This document shows, piece after piece, positions 23,700 through 36,900 of a stretch of 64,000 bases of DNA. The number at the start of each line of letters is the position of its first letter. The stretch's first letter is position 1. The notes beneath the pieces are model-generated. The model ran no database searches. It was not told where the DNA came from and saw only the letters and a program-made list of their open reading frames with translations. Source of the DNA: Phaeosaccion multiseriatum (lineage: Eukaryota > Protista > Ochrophyta, other classes); NCBI GenBank assembly GCA_965112735.1, contig OZ218955.1, positions 1-64,000 of the forward strand, read 5' to 3'. A program made the position numbers and the translations under genes.

Positions 23700-26600
23700 A
23701 TGGGGACACGCTCTCGCAGAGGCCCTTTTGTGGCGCTCCTCGTGAGCTACGGGTGTTGTAGCTGCATCATCAACGTAACACATGCGTTTAGCTCTCCGTC
23801 GCATCACTTGGCGTTGACAGAAAGACGGGTCAATAGGCAGGGTGCACATATAGGCGCGAGTAGCAGCAAGAGATGGAGAAGCTGCAACAACGGGAGAAGG
23901 AGAGGCAGCGGGCGAGGGTGGATGATGATGGACTCCAAGTTCGACCAAGCCGAGAGTGAGTCATGACAATGCAGAGGACACGGCTTGATGTGCCCCATGC
24001 TTTCGTCCGTGTCGTTAGGTCGGAGCCTCTTTCCGCTAACGAGAAGAAAAGAACATACTAAATGATCCTCACACTCATGTCCCCTCCTGTGCTCGTGCTC
24101 CCAGCCCATACTCGCGTGTGGGAGTCCCGCCGCTCCATCATCAGCGGCCTCATCTCCACGGCGACCAAACTGAGGGGGGTACGGAGCTTATTTCCCAGCA
24201 AGGAGAATGGTAAGCTCAGCTGCCCCTATCCCGGCCCTCTCCTCTGTCACCCATTGCTCTCACCGTCTGACGACGTCTTGCTGACTTCTGACCCCCCTCC
24301 CCCCCCCCCCTGTTGCGCTGCAGACCCCGCTGCAGACAGCAAGACCGCCGTGGTGGTGACAGCGGCGTCTGTGGCCGTGGCTGCGACTCTGCTGCGCTAT
24401 GGGGGAAGGACTGCGCTCGTGCAGTTGGTGGGGCTGGACGTGGTGGCTGACGCGGTGAGGGAGGGGAGGCACAGGGAATTGCACTGGAGAGCGCTTGGCC
24501 GGCGAGAGGGTGTGCCATGACTGGGCCTGCGCTTTTTGTTTTTGGGCAGCTGTACCTTTTCCTTTCCCCCTCCCCCCCCCCTCCATTCGTCGAGCCTTCC
24601 AGAGCTCATGCGCCCGTTCCCCACTGACTTACGGCCAAATGCCCTGTGTACGCTCTCCTCAGGGAGTGACGAAGCAAATAGGGGAATTTCTGGAGTATGT
24701 CAACGGGTGAGTGCGTGAGTGCGTGAGTGCGCGAGTGCGCGAGTGCGCGAGTGGAGCCTGCTGCAAGACGGCCCGTCCTTTGTTTGGCAGTCTCGCAGCT
24801 CTGCCCGTCAGCGACCATCGGGACTGAGCCTGCCCCACCCTCACTGCGCCCCTTCACCCCCTCCCCCGCGCTCTGCGCTCCTCCATCTCCCCTCTCCTCT
24901 GTTCCCTCTGCTGCCATCCCCCCCAGGCTGGGGGACCTGAAGGCCCTGTACTTCCTCTTGTGCTGGGCCGCGACCAAGACGCTCATGTTCGACTTCGGCG
25001 CTCTCGTGCTCGCCCTCTCCTCGGGCCTGCTCTTTGGCGGAGTGCTGCAGGTCAGTAGAGTCAGCGTCACTCACTCCCCACCGTACGTAATACATACGTA
25101 ATACATCCACTGCCATCCCTCGTGTGTCGAACCCTTCTGGCTTGCCTGCGCTCACCCGCCAGGGGGCGTTTGCGTGTGCTGTATGTGCGGCTGTGGGGTC
25201 CTCTGTGGGGTTCTGGCTGGCGAGGACGGGCCTCAGTAAGTCAGTGGAGGAGCAGATCGCCAAGAGACCCGCCCTCAAGGCCGTGGAGAGGGCCGTGGCC
25301 AAAGAGGTGCGTGTGCAGGGCAGGGCACGGCAGAGCAGGGCAGTTGGTGATACGGGGAAGTGCATGGCAGGGCAGGCCTGTTGACGGCGGCGGGCGGGAC
25401 AAGAGGCCACTGAGGCCGTGGCCTGGCTGCTGCCTCCTCCCCCTCTGGCCTGCTGCCTCCTCCCTTAGGGTTAGGGTTAGTGCTGCCTCCTCCTGCTGCC
25501 TCCTCCTGCTGCCTCCTCCTGCTGCCTCCTCCCCCTCGCGAGACCGCCCCGGCCCCTTCCCTTCCCCCGCTCAGCCATGCACCGTCTCTACGGCTCCCTT
25601 CCCAACCCCGCAGGGCATCAAAACTGTCATAGTGTTGCGGCTCTCTCCTGTGCTGGTGAGTGAGTAAGTCAGTGAGTGAGTCAGTGAGTCAGTGAGTCAG
25701 TGAGTGAGTGAGTGAGTCAGTGAGTAAGTCAATGAGTGAGTGAGTGAGTGAGTGGGTGAGTGAGTGAGTGAGTGGGTGAGTGAGTGAGTGAGTGGGTGAG
25801 TGAGTGAGTGGGTGAGTGAGTGAGTGGGTGCGTGTTCAAGCCGGCGCTGCGCCTCTCTGGAGTGTTTCCGCCGCTGCCTCCCCCCACCCCACGCTGCTCC
25901 ATCTCGTGCCTCTCTCCCTCTCTCCCTGTGGCCCTCAGCTTGAGCCCCTCCCTCCCGCCCCCCTCCCCTTGTGCCATACCCATCATACCCCCTTAGCCCA
26001 TCCCGATCGGGGCGTACTCGTACGTGTACGGCTCCACGGCGCTGCCCTTCTCCGACTTCTTCCTCGGCACCTTCCTCGGCTCCATCAAGCCCTACATCTT
26101 AGACGCTTACCTCGGTGAGTCAGTCCGGCACGGCACTCATTCACTCACCAAGTGACTCAGCCAGTTCAGCAGTCAGTCAGTCAGTCGCTCCGTCAGTTAT
26201 CAGCTAGTCAGTCGGTCAGTCGGCCGGTCGGTCAGTAAGTCAGTCAGACAGTCAGTCAGTCAGTCAGTCAGTCAGTCAGTCAGTCAGTCAGTCAGTCAGT
26301 CAGTCAGTCAGTCAGTCAGTCAGTCAGTCAGTCCGCGCGGCGGTTGGGCCCCTTTGCTCCTGGAGCTTCATTCCCACTCCCCACCCTCCGGGGCCTCGCA
26401 GCAGACAAGAGCCTTAGGGTTAGGGCCGCTCACACGCCCCTCCCTCCCTCCCTCCTCCCAGGCATCGTGGGCGGCAGCGTGGTGAGTCCCTCTGCCCTAC
26501 CAGAGGGGGCCGGCTCTGGGCCTAACGACGTGGTGCTGCTCCTGACCTTCGCGGCGGTGGTGCTCGTGGGCACGTTCGCCACGCAACTCGCCAACGCCAC

Positions 26601-27353
26601 CTGGGAAGAGGTGCGGCTCTGCATGTATGCCTCTGCCTGGCCCATACCCATATGCTTGGCTTGCTTGGGACCCCCTCTGCAGTCCTCTTAAGCAAAGCTG
26701 TGAGCTCTCTGCCTCTTGTGGTCTTGCCCTCTCTACCTTGCTCTCTCCTTCTCGATGGCCCTCTCTGCAGGTCACCAAGGAGATGCAAGAGGACGAGAGG
26801 GACGCAGGAGCAGCAGCGGGGGCAGGAGCCGCCGGGCAGGAGGGGCAGGAGGAGGGGCTGGGCAAGGGGTGGGATTGGAAGGCGCTGTGGGGGGTCAAGG
26901 CGGAGGCGCTGCCGAATTGGCTCAATGAGTGGGAGAGGAGAGCGGCAAAGGCCAGAGAATCATTCAACACGGTGAGACGGGAAGGAGGGGGGTGGCACAG
27001 CGGAGAGAAGGAGGTCGATTTAGAGGGCTGAGAAGAGAATGGGCCCACCTCGAGTGCGCCCCCCTCACGGCCATGACTCCACTGCCATCCACTGCCATCC
27101 ACTGCCATCCACTTCCCTCCCTCAGGTCATAGCGCAGGAGGCCCTCCGCTCGTCGCAGAAGCAGGCGGACCCCTCGTTTGTGCTGCCCGTGCTGCCCCCC
27201 CCCTGCCCTCCCCCCCTTGCGGACGGAGGGGCGGTGGACTGGGGGCAGTACCTCACTGAGAGCTTTGTGCTATCTGGGGTCATATGGGACGTGTTGGCCA
27301 AGTACAGCGAGCCGCAGAGAGGCGAGCCCAAGACAGCCACAGAGCAGGACTGA
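23700..27353 (+). CDS. TVP38/TMEM64/DedA (SNARE-associated, VTT domain) membrane protein with putative bipartite plastid presequence
   Basis: LALSSGLLFGG..GA......VGSSVGFWLAR, IVLRLSPVLPIP..YSYVYG......DFFLGTFLGSIKP. N-terminus is a hydrophobic stretch followed by THA|FSS and a Ser/Arg-rich transit-like region. Start exon is less certain. Confidence 0.82.
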
Positions 27354-27453
27354 CTGACTGACTGACTGACTGACTGACCAACACAGATAGACACATCGAA
27401 TGTCCCAATGTATTTATGTTTACTCACCCCCTCTCCCTCATGTGGGCTGATTC

Positions 27454-30400
27454 TTATCTCCTCTCATCTCGGCCGGGAGCCCCCCCCCCCGCCTGTTCCG
27501 CTCTTCCCTTCCCCCCCTCCTTCGCCCCCGCCTTGGCCGCAGCCCCCCCTCCGACTGTGCGCTGCCCCAGCGCCGCAAGCCTGAGGTACCTCCACATATC
27601 CGCCCTGCCGAGCTTGCTCTGCGCACTCGTGACCACGATAGGGGTGCGGGGCACGCCAGCCTCCTTGAGCGCTGAGATGACGTCATCCACCACCTGCAGC
27701 CAGTACAGGGGGTCAGGACAGGGGCACCAAGTGTTGGGTAGTGTACAAGGTGTTGTTAGGTGTTGTTAGGTACATGGTGTCGGGACCAGGGCACAAGGTT
27801 AGGGTTAGCATGACGCATCTATTGCAGCACAAGGCGGTGCATCATACGCTCATTCCATTCCGAGTCCTTGGTGTCAGCACCTCACCCATGGCCCATTGCC
27901 CAACGCCTGCCCCTCCTGACACCAAGCACCTGTCGGGGGACGAAGTTGCCCGTCTTGTCCGCCTTGGTTAGCACCACCACGTAGCGCGCCTCGGGGGTCA
28001 TGTCCTTCATCAGGCGCATCACCTGAGGAGGGAGGGGGGGGAGGACTTGGTGTCAGGACTTGGTGTCAGGACTTGGTATCAGGACTTGGTGTCAGGCATA
28101 GGCCGAGGCTTGAGGTTGTTAGTGGGGAGTGCTCACTGACACCTCACCCCTCTGTCCTGACACACCTCACCCCTCTGTCCTGACACCTCTCACCCCCACC
28201 TTATGGTCGGAGCCCACAGGCCCGTGCCTGCCGTCCACGAGGTGGAAAAGCACACGTAGGGACTTGCGCTGCATTATGTACGACCTGGGGGGAGGTGCAG
28301 CGGTACAGCAGTTGGTGGTACAGCGGTTGGTGGTGTACAGTAACGCAACAGGATGAGGCATTGCAAGGGAGTGACTGTGTGTGTGAGAGAAGAATACGCT
28401 AAGGGACCACGGAGCCTCTCAGAGAAGCTCCTCCACCGCAGGGCCTGAGGACCTTACTTAAGGTTATGATATGGCATAGCATCAGGCCTTACTTAAGGTT
28501 ATGATATGGCATAGCACAAGGGCACGGCCTTGCCCACCCCGCTCTGCTCTGCTCTGCTCTGCTCTGCTCTGCTCTGCTCTGTAATACTTGCCTGAAGAAG
28601 CCGAGCCACTTGTCCCTCTGCCCCTGCGGCACCTTAGCGTAGCCCAGGCCAGGCAGGTCCACGAGGTAGAAGCTGTTGAGCAGGTCCGTCGAGTTGTTCA
28701 TGAGGAAGTAGTTGAACTGCTGCGTCTTGCCCGGCCGCTTTGACGTGTAGGCCAGGGACTGGGGAGAGGGGGCGGAGGAGGAGGTGGTGGTGGTGGCGGT
28801 GGTAGAGGTGTGTGTTGAGAGGGAGGAGAGAGGGGGGGAGGGGAGAGAGAGAGGTCAGAGAGAGAGAGAGAGGCATGAAATACATGAGAGAGAGAAGCGC
28901 GGGGCGGTAGCACGATCGAGAAAAGCCCCTTTGTGTGAACATAAATAACTCCCCCTCCCCTCCCCTCCCCCTGGCCCTGGCCCTGGCCCCACCTTGCGGT
29001 TTGCGATCATGTTGATGAGGCTGCTCTTGCCCACGTTGGAACGGCCGATGAAGGCGGCCTCGGGCAGCTGCAGCTTAGGCAACGTGTCCATCGACACCGC
29101 TCCCGTCACGAAGTCAACGCTGCGCACCGCCGAGTTGGAGATGAGCTCGTAGCTCTGCGCGTTGGGCGGACACCCCCCCGCGAACATGGCGTCTAAGGCG
29201 AGGAAGGTGAGCTCCAGGTCCCTGCGGGTCTGAAACACCTTGAGCAGGCGGTTGGCCGTGTCGATGAGGATGGGGAGACGCACAGAGGCGGCGTCGTTGA
29301 GCACTCGGGCGGCCTCGTCGCGGTGCCCCGTCCTCACGAAGGAGGTGACGAGGTTCGGGTACAGAGTGGCGGAGGCGTTGACACGCTCTACTGCGCCGGG
29401 CCCGAGCTCTTTGGCGGCCTCCAGCAACACGCTCCCGCCGATGCCCGCGCTGCTGCCTGCTTGCACCACCTCAGAGCTCGGCGGGGGGGGCACAACGGGG
29501 GCGGCGGGGTGGGGAACGGGAGTGGTGGGAGTAGTGGCGGTGCTGGTGCTGTTGCCGCTGCTCTCGCCGGTGAGGTCGTCAACAACCGGCGCTGGGATCT
29601 CTCGAAACTTCCTCCACCCCCTGAAGGCGTCCACGTCCTGAGTGTGCGGAGAGCGACAGGCGGGATGGCAGCGGAAGGGCGGGGGCAACGGGCAGATCGG
29701 CCAAAGGAGTCAGGGGAGGGCTTGGAGAAGGCACTCCTAACATGCAACTGCACCATTTTGGCTGCACTGAGCCGTCCTCTACCACTGCCATCCCAGCTGT
29801 CCACTCAGTCGCCCGTCACCGTCACTACCATGGGCCCAAACGACTCTCGTATGCTTCCAAATGCCTCCAAGTGCTTGCTCGCACACTCGCACACAGCTTC
29901 CTTCCACCGCAAGCTCCTTTCCCCTGACTCGGTTCCTTCTGACCCCTTTGCCACGGCGTCTCACCTCCCTCCACTCCCCACCCACTCTCTCACTCCCCAC
30001 CCACTCTCTCACTCAATTTCTTACTCACTCACTCACTCACTCACTCACTCACTCACTCACTCACTCACTCACTCACTCACTCACTCACACACTCACTCGG
30101 CTCACGCGCTCACTCATTCACCCACCCACCCACCCACCCACCCACCCACCCACCCACCCAAGGTCCTGACACCCACTGTCCTGACACTCACTGTCCTGAC
30201 ACCCACTGTCCTGACACTCTTTGTCCTGACACCCAATGTCCTGACACTCTCTGTCCTGACACCCACTGTCCTGACACTCTCTGTCCTGACACTCACTGTC
30301 CTGACACTCACTGTCCTGACACCCACTGTCCTGACACTCACTGTCCTGACACTCACTGTCCTGACACTCACTGTCCTGACACTCACTGTCCTGACACTCA

Positions 30401-32087
30401 CTGTCCTGACACTCTCTCTCCTGACACTCACTGTCCTGACACTCACTGTCCTGACACTCTCTGTCCTGACACCCACTGTCCTGACACTCTCTGTCCTGAC
30501 ACTCACTGTCCTGACACTCACTGTCCTGACACTCTCTGTCCTGACACCCACTGTCCTGACACTCTCTGTCCTGACACCCACTGTCCTGACACTCTCTGTC
30601 CTGACACTCACTGTCCTGACACTCTCTGTCCTGACACCCTCTGTCCTGACACTCACTGTCCTGACACTCACTGTCCTGACACTCACTGTCCTGACACTCT
30701 CTGTCCTGACACTCTCTGTCCTGACACTCACTGTCCTGACACTCACCATCTCTGCGGCGGCCATTAGGTGCTTAGCGAGGAAGGGGGAGTTGCTCCTGCA
30801 CGCCTCCCGGGCTGATGCAGACAGACGGGCAGCAGAGCGCGGCAGGGGGGTGGCCAGTCAGAGGAATATGGACCAAGCCACGCATACGGGGTTCCTCCTC
30901 TCCTCTCCTCTCCTCTCCTCCCCTCTTGTCGCAGAAAAGAGGGGCGGGCGAGGCGAGCCAATATGGGCTTCCGTCAAGCCAATCAGGGCATCCATCAAGG
31001 GCATCCATCAAGGGCATCCACCAAGGGCATCCACCAAGGGCATCCACCAAGGGCATCCACCAAGCCAAACAGGGTATCCGTCATACCCATCAGGGCGTCC
31101 ATCAAGGCAGGCTCGGGGAAATATCCTCCCTCCCTCCCTCCCTCCCCCCTCCCTCCGTCCTTTCGACGGATCGTTTCGATGTATGGCACGTACCTAAGCC
31201 AAAGGCCTCGGGGATGTTCTCTCTTAGCCACGGCTTGTAGGCCAACTGCGACTCGTTCAGCAAGTCCTCCGCAATGCGCACCCTCTTCAGGACCAACAGG
31301 GCCTTCGCCTAGGGAGAGAGAGCATGAGGTGAGTGACTAGAAAGGAGCTGCTGAGTGGAGTGGAGCTGGAGTGGCCTTGACCAAGCCCAAGCCCCAAGCC
31401 CCAAGCCACTCGCCTACTCACCGCATGCACAAGCAGCGCGGGGTCGTCAAACCCCTCCTGCAGGGCCTGTCCATACGTCTCCTCCAGCCGCCTAGGAGCA
31501 TCTATGGCCTGCCAGTGGTCCATGAGCCTCTGGTACCCCTTCAAAGTCGTCGGGCTCTTGTCAATATCCTCCAGCCCTATCTTTCCGCCACCGGGGGACA
31601 CAACAACGGCGGTAGGGCCAGCGGCTTTGCCTCCGCCTTGCTGCGCTCTCCTTAGGGCCTTCTTCCTCTCCGAGCCCTTGCCCATCATCATCATCCCCCG
31701 CCGTGAGCCCCTAGACCTTCTCACCGCCCATCTGGGAGGCGCATCTGCACCTGTCGCATCAACTACAGCCGCGACAGCACAGCGCAGTCTGGAGGAGGAG
31801 GGGACGCGCCGCCAAGCGCTGCAGGAGGCGCGCAGGCTGGGGCAGAAGGCACTCGTGCTCGCAGCGAGCATGGCCCCGATGAAGAGCCTCGCCCTCTGAA
31901 GAGAGAGAGAGCGAGAGTGAGCAAGAGGAAGAGGACACGAGGCGGCCGCATTGGTCAACAGTGGAAGGAGCTGACAGGCCAGGCACTGTGGCTGGTGGAG
32001 ACCTCAGTATTCGGGAGAGAGAGGGAGAGCAAAAGAGTGGCCCACCTTGTTGCTTGCTCTCTTCCTCCCGGAGATGCTGCCGGACAT
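27454..32087 (-). CDS. engB: Plastid-targeted EngB/YihA(YsxC) ribosome-biogenesis GTPase with N-terminal PPR-like repeats
   Basis: G1 [10 protein letters not shown]2 [14 protein letters not shown]3 [18 protein letters not shown]4 TKAD, G5 TSA. Exon 1 [14 protein letters not shown] splices in phase 0 to [16 protein letters not shown]|FCP (ASAF-type motif). PPR-like helical repeats precede the GTPase. Confidence 0.88.
30163..30746 (-). repeat. 15-bp intronic minisatellite GTGAGTGTCAGGACA, about 39 copies
   Basis: Tandem units start exactly at the EngB intron donor (30746). Confidence 0.95.
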
Positions 32088-32811
32088 TTTCTTTCTAAAG
32101 AGCTGTCCACTATTACTTAGAGAGCGGTGTACATTGGAAGGCAAGTGGAGGAGGGCTTTTGCGAGGGGAGAGAGTAGAGTCCACCTCAAGCGAAGGAGAG
32201 GCAGGGAGGGTGGGATGCCAGCATGTGAATCAGTAGAGCACCAACACAGCCAATCAAAATACAAATGGAAGCGAAGGGTGAGTGAGTGAGCGGCTCGGAT
32301 GGAAGTCCCGGAAGGCCGAGGCTGCCGCATCTGCTTCCCAAGGCCAAAGGGAGGACCGCAAGTTCTATGGTGACGACCCAGGGATACTCCCCACATACTG
32401 ATATCAATTGCCACTCCCTCTGTACCTGATGGCTTCATCTGCGGGTACCCTATTCTACATGGTGGGGACCTTTACGGAGGAGACGTTTATCTATCTTCTG
32501 CTGCGGTAGGGCCGCAGGCAGAGGCCCAAGCTCTGGCGCGCCGAAGGTAAACACCTCGCCCGTCTGATATGCCGCTGTGACTCGCTATCAAGGCCTAAGG
32601 CCTCCTGAGCTGTAGCAAACTCACTACTGCCTCTGACCTCCTCCGCTCGATGCCAGATGGGGGGACTTGCTCCACACGCAGCCGGTGTGCAAGCTCAAAT
32701 ATAAGCCCTTCTCGCAGGCCGCGGAGGGCAAGGGAGAAAGGGAGGGCAGCTCGAGCGAAACCGGGGCGGGAGGTGCCAATGCCGGCAGTAGAAGGGCGGA
32801 CGAAAAAAGCA

Positions 32812-32846
<35 letters not shown>

Positions 32847-33946
32847 GGCGGCGGCGTGAGAAAGGGGGCGTGCCCTAGTCCTTCAGCGGCCGGACACAGC
32901 CCTGAGGACGGCATTGATGACAGCCCTGATGAGAGCCTTGAGGATAGGTCCTCAGAGAAGAGGCGGCTGTTTGGCTGTCATCTCCACCATGAGGCGCGGA
33001 AGCAAGTCATCATCAAGCACGGGCCTCGGGAGGGCTGGGAGAGCTTCACGCAATGGCCCGATAGAGCAGGGCTGCAGGCAGGGGCAGTGCTTGGCCGAGA
33101 CTAGTAGCTGCGCCCACTGCTGCTCCCACTCTATCTCCTGTGTAGCTGCTCCCACTTCGTCTCCTGTGGATGAAGGGCTGGCAGTGCATGACCGCTCCCT
33201 CCGCCATGACAATGTCAGTCAGGTGTGGGGCGTGATTAACTGAGCCGGCCTGAAGGATAGTAAGTCGCTCCGTGAAGTCAGCGGGAGCAGCTGCTGAAGA
33301 GGAGCAGCGTCTTGGTCTACAGCAGCGTCTTGGCCTACAGCAGCGTCTTGGTCTACAGCAGCGTCTTGGCCTTCGAGGGGCCAGCGCACTCTGCCGCGCT
33401 GCCGCACTGCCGTTGTGCACATTGAAAGTCAGAGAAGAGTGCAAGTCCCTCTGTCGAGAATCTACAAGCGAGCAATTTCTCTGAGCAGCTCCTTTCTGCT
33501 ATCACCATATATTTACCATCACCATGTATTTATATATATGGTGATATCCGGCTATTGTCGTGCTGCTGTCTTATCGGCAGGCGTCACGCAAATGCCTTAC
33601 CCATATGCTGCCATATGCTGCCGTGGCAGGAGTGATCGCCTTGCCTCCCTCGGCGGGTATCACAACGAGGCCTGCAGTTACGATTAGTTTTAAGTGTTAG
33701 GTTGGTGAAAGGAAGGAGAAGGAAGGAGAATAATCGAATTCATCGAAGCAATGGCTCTTGTCGAAAGAAGCTCTTCAGAGCTTCGGAAACCTCCAGAAGT
33801 GGGGGCAGGCACACCACTCGTCGCGTCGCTTCCACCTAGTGCAGCGGCAGAGAGAGCCCGAGGGAGAGGGATTCCGCTCTGGGATGATGACAGAGCGATA
33901 GAAGCGCCGCTCTCAGAACCGCCCATGCCGACACCCTCGCCGCAGC

Positions 33947-36900
33947 TTATACCCCCCCCTCCTTTGGCCCGTCCTCTGGCCCGTCCTCTGGCACCACGAG
34001 GCGGCTCGTCGCAACCGCGCGTCGAATGGAGCCCCACAGAGATTTTTGGGGGGACGTTGATGTCAATGTCGAGGCTAAGGTCGAGGTCAAGGTCGAGGTC
34101 AATGTCGAGGTCAATGTCGAGGTCAATGTCGAGGCGGAGGTGATGGGGATGGTGCTGCCGTCCATGCTTGCCTCGCCCTTCTTGTTCCCCTCGGAGGGCG
34201 AGGAAGCCCTGTCTTTGTTGTCCTCCGCCGCCCTTCCAGCCCAATCGCCCTTCCCACCCGCACCATGGACGGCACCACTCACGGCACCACTCACGGCATC
34301 GCTGACAGCACCGCTGACGGCCTCCACTCCCTCCACTCCCTCCACCCCCTCCACTCCCTCCACTCCCTCCACTCCCTCCACTCCCTCCACAAATCCCCTG
34401 CCGAACCCTAAGCTTGTAGCCCCCCCCAGCGAGGGTGCGACATTATTCCGCTTGAATTGGGTCTTGTGGCTCTTGCTCTTGCTGGTGGTGAAGAAGCGGA
34501 AAGCGGGCGACGTCTGGAATGGGCCGAAGAGGTTGAGCGACATGAGACCGAACACCTCCTCCTGCGCAGACAGGAAGATAGTGGAAGAGAGAGAGGGAGA
34601 CGGCTCTGAAGGCGGTTCAGCCTCAGCTCCAGCCTCACAGTCAGCAGGCTTCAAGGCGGAGGAGGAAGAGGAGGAGGGAGAGGCCTTCTTGAAGGGTTTG
34701 GAAGCCTCGGCGAGGGCGTCAGCAATGACTTGGCGCATGGCATCGCTAAGGTTCACCTGTTGGTCATCCAGGGAAGGTGGGAGGGAGGGAGGGGTCGGTC
34801 AGGCGTTGCTGAATGAGAACGTTCCATATGCCCCCATGATGCCCTCCCCCGCCCACACGCCCCCACCTGCTGAGGAGAACCGACGGCGATGTACTCCTTA
34901 TAGATGGCCTCCGCTCGCAGCAGCTTCAGCAGACCCGTGGGAAGAGTGCTCAGCTGCTCGGGCCCGCCTCCCCCCTCGGGCAGCTTGAGGGCCAGCCCGT
35001 GGTCTGGAGCGACGAACTTTCCTCTGTGGAACTCCCTTGCCTCGAGCCAGAAGTTGACGCTCTCCGCCTGGAAGCGCTCCTCCGCGAACTTTTTGAAGAG
35101 AGACACCCCGAGCGGCAGCGCCAGGACGTGTGCAAGCGTGTTGTGCGTGTTGTGCGAGGGGTGTAGTGGCGGGTCATGCGGGGCGGTGTGCAGCTGCTGT
35201 ATCACCAACGGCAGCGCCGGCGAGGGCCTGGACTCCGCCGAGAGCGACGTAGGCGTAGGGACAGCACATGGTGCTACAGCCGACAACGATACCGTGGCTG
35301 AGGACGACGGAGAGGGCAGAGAGGGGGACAAGCAGGAGTCCGACTGGCACTTGCCCAAGACCGGCGGCGGAGCTGAGACCGAAACTGAAACTGGCTCATG
35401 CTCCAGCGGCGGCAGCAGAGAGGATCCTCCTCCCAAGCCGTGTCCTGTGTGTCCTGCGTGTGCTTCGTGCGCTTCCCCTTCTCCCTGCGGCCTCGTGGTG
35501 GAGCCTTCCTCGGAGAGGCGCCGTCCTTCTCTGCTGTCTTCACTGTCCCGTCCTTCCCTGCTGTCTTTTCTGCTCCTTCTGCCCCTTCTGCCCCTCTCCC
35601 GCAGCATGAGCTCCTCTGATTCCTCTCGGGCCTCTCCCTGTCTTCGGCTGTGCCTGTCCCTCCTCGAAGGTGATGCCCAAATGGCGTGGAAGGTGAGTTG
35701 TGTGTGCGCGTCGGCGCGGGGGCTGATCCTCGCTCCATGCAAATACTCCGACAGACTCGCTTCCTGCTCCAGAGCCTACGAGGGAGAGGGAGAGGGAGAG
35801 GGAGAGGGAGAGGGAGAGGGACAGGGAGAGGGAGAGGGACAGGGAGAGGGAGAGGGAGAGGGAGAGGGAGAGGGAGAGGGAGAGGGAGAGGGAGAGGGAG
35901 AGGGAGAGGGAGAGGGAGAGGGAGAGGGGATAATGAGAGGTCAAGCACACATACACGACGCGCACACACGCACGCGTGCGCACACACATAACCACACGTA
36001 AACACACGCACACACGTACGCACACACACACACGCACATACACGCACACATACAAACGCCGGCCTCATCTTCACTACCTTACTGCCCGATGGTATTTATG
36101 TCTTACGAACCTCCTTCTCTAAGGCCAGCAGGTGCAGCACCCCTCGGGTCGTGCCCTGGGACGGCAGCTGACGCGCCTCCTGCCTGTGTTTGGGCGACCG
36201 CAGCGAGGCCCACTCTCTCAAGAGGCGCTTCCCCCACACGCTCCCCACGAAGGCTAATGATGAGTCACTCCCTCCCTCGTCCTCAATTGGTGGCGACCCT
36301 GCCCCTCCGGCCGTACCACCAACGCCCCCTCCTTGGAAGTGCGAGAGGAGGAGAAGTGCCTCCTCCAAGGCCTTGTCGAGCAAACCCACAGGAGGGGGCG
36401 GGGGCGGCAACACCAAAGGCGCTGCCTGGGCCTCTGGCGATTGCGCCGATGGCAGCCGATAGCCATTGATCTCCTTCGTGCGACCGGCAGGCAGCAGATG
36501 CACATACCGGTCGGCCACCGCCTTGAAAGAAGGGGAGGGGGGGGGGGGGGTAGGAGAAGGGGTGAGGCAAGTCACAGAAGGGCGCTAACGCCTCCGTGGG
36601 CGGTGGCATATACACATCCCAGGTTCAAAAGTCAGGGGATTGTGTGTCAGGACAGAGAGTGGGGTGGGTGTCAGGACAGAGAGTGGGGTGGGTGTCAGGA
36701 CAGAGAGTGGGGTGGGTGTCAGGACAGAGAGTGGGGTGGGTGTCAGGACAGAGAGTGGGGTGGGTGTCAGGACAGAGAGTGGGGTGGGTGTCAGGACAGT
36801 GGGTGGGGTGGGTGTCAGGACAGAGAGTGGGGTGGGTGTCAGGACAGAGAGTGGGGTGGGTGTCAGGACAGTGGGTGGGGTGGGTGTCAGGACAGAGAGT

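Noticed and set aside
29323-31197. 624-aa plus-strand ORF with (VLTLT)n
   Set aside because: Antisense to EngB and made of intronic microsatellite and the 15-bp array.
31763-31951. Apparent frameshifted signal peptide [11 protein letters not shown] for EngB
   Set aside because: Lies in a phase-0 GT-AG intron's polypyrimidine tract; exon 1 at about 32046-32087 explains the start without a frameshift.
32858-33422. In-frame TGA codons suggesting selenocysteine or stop recoding
   Set aside because: No selenoprotein motif or SECIS seen, and the frame has no recognisable homology; decay or chance is simpler.
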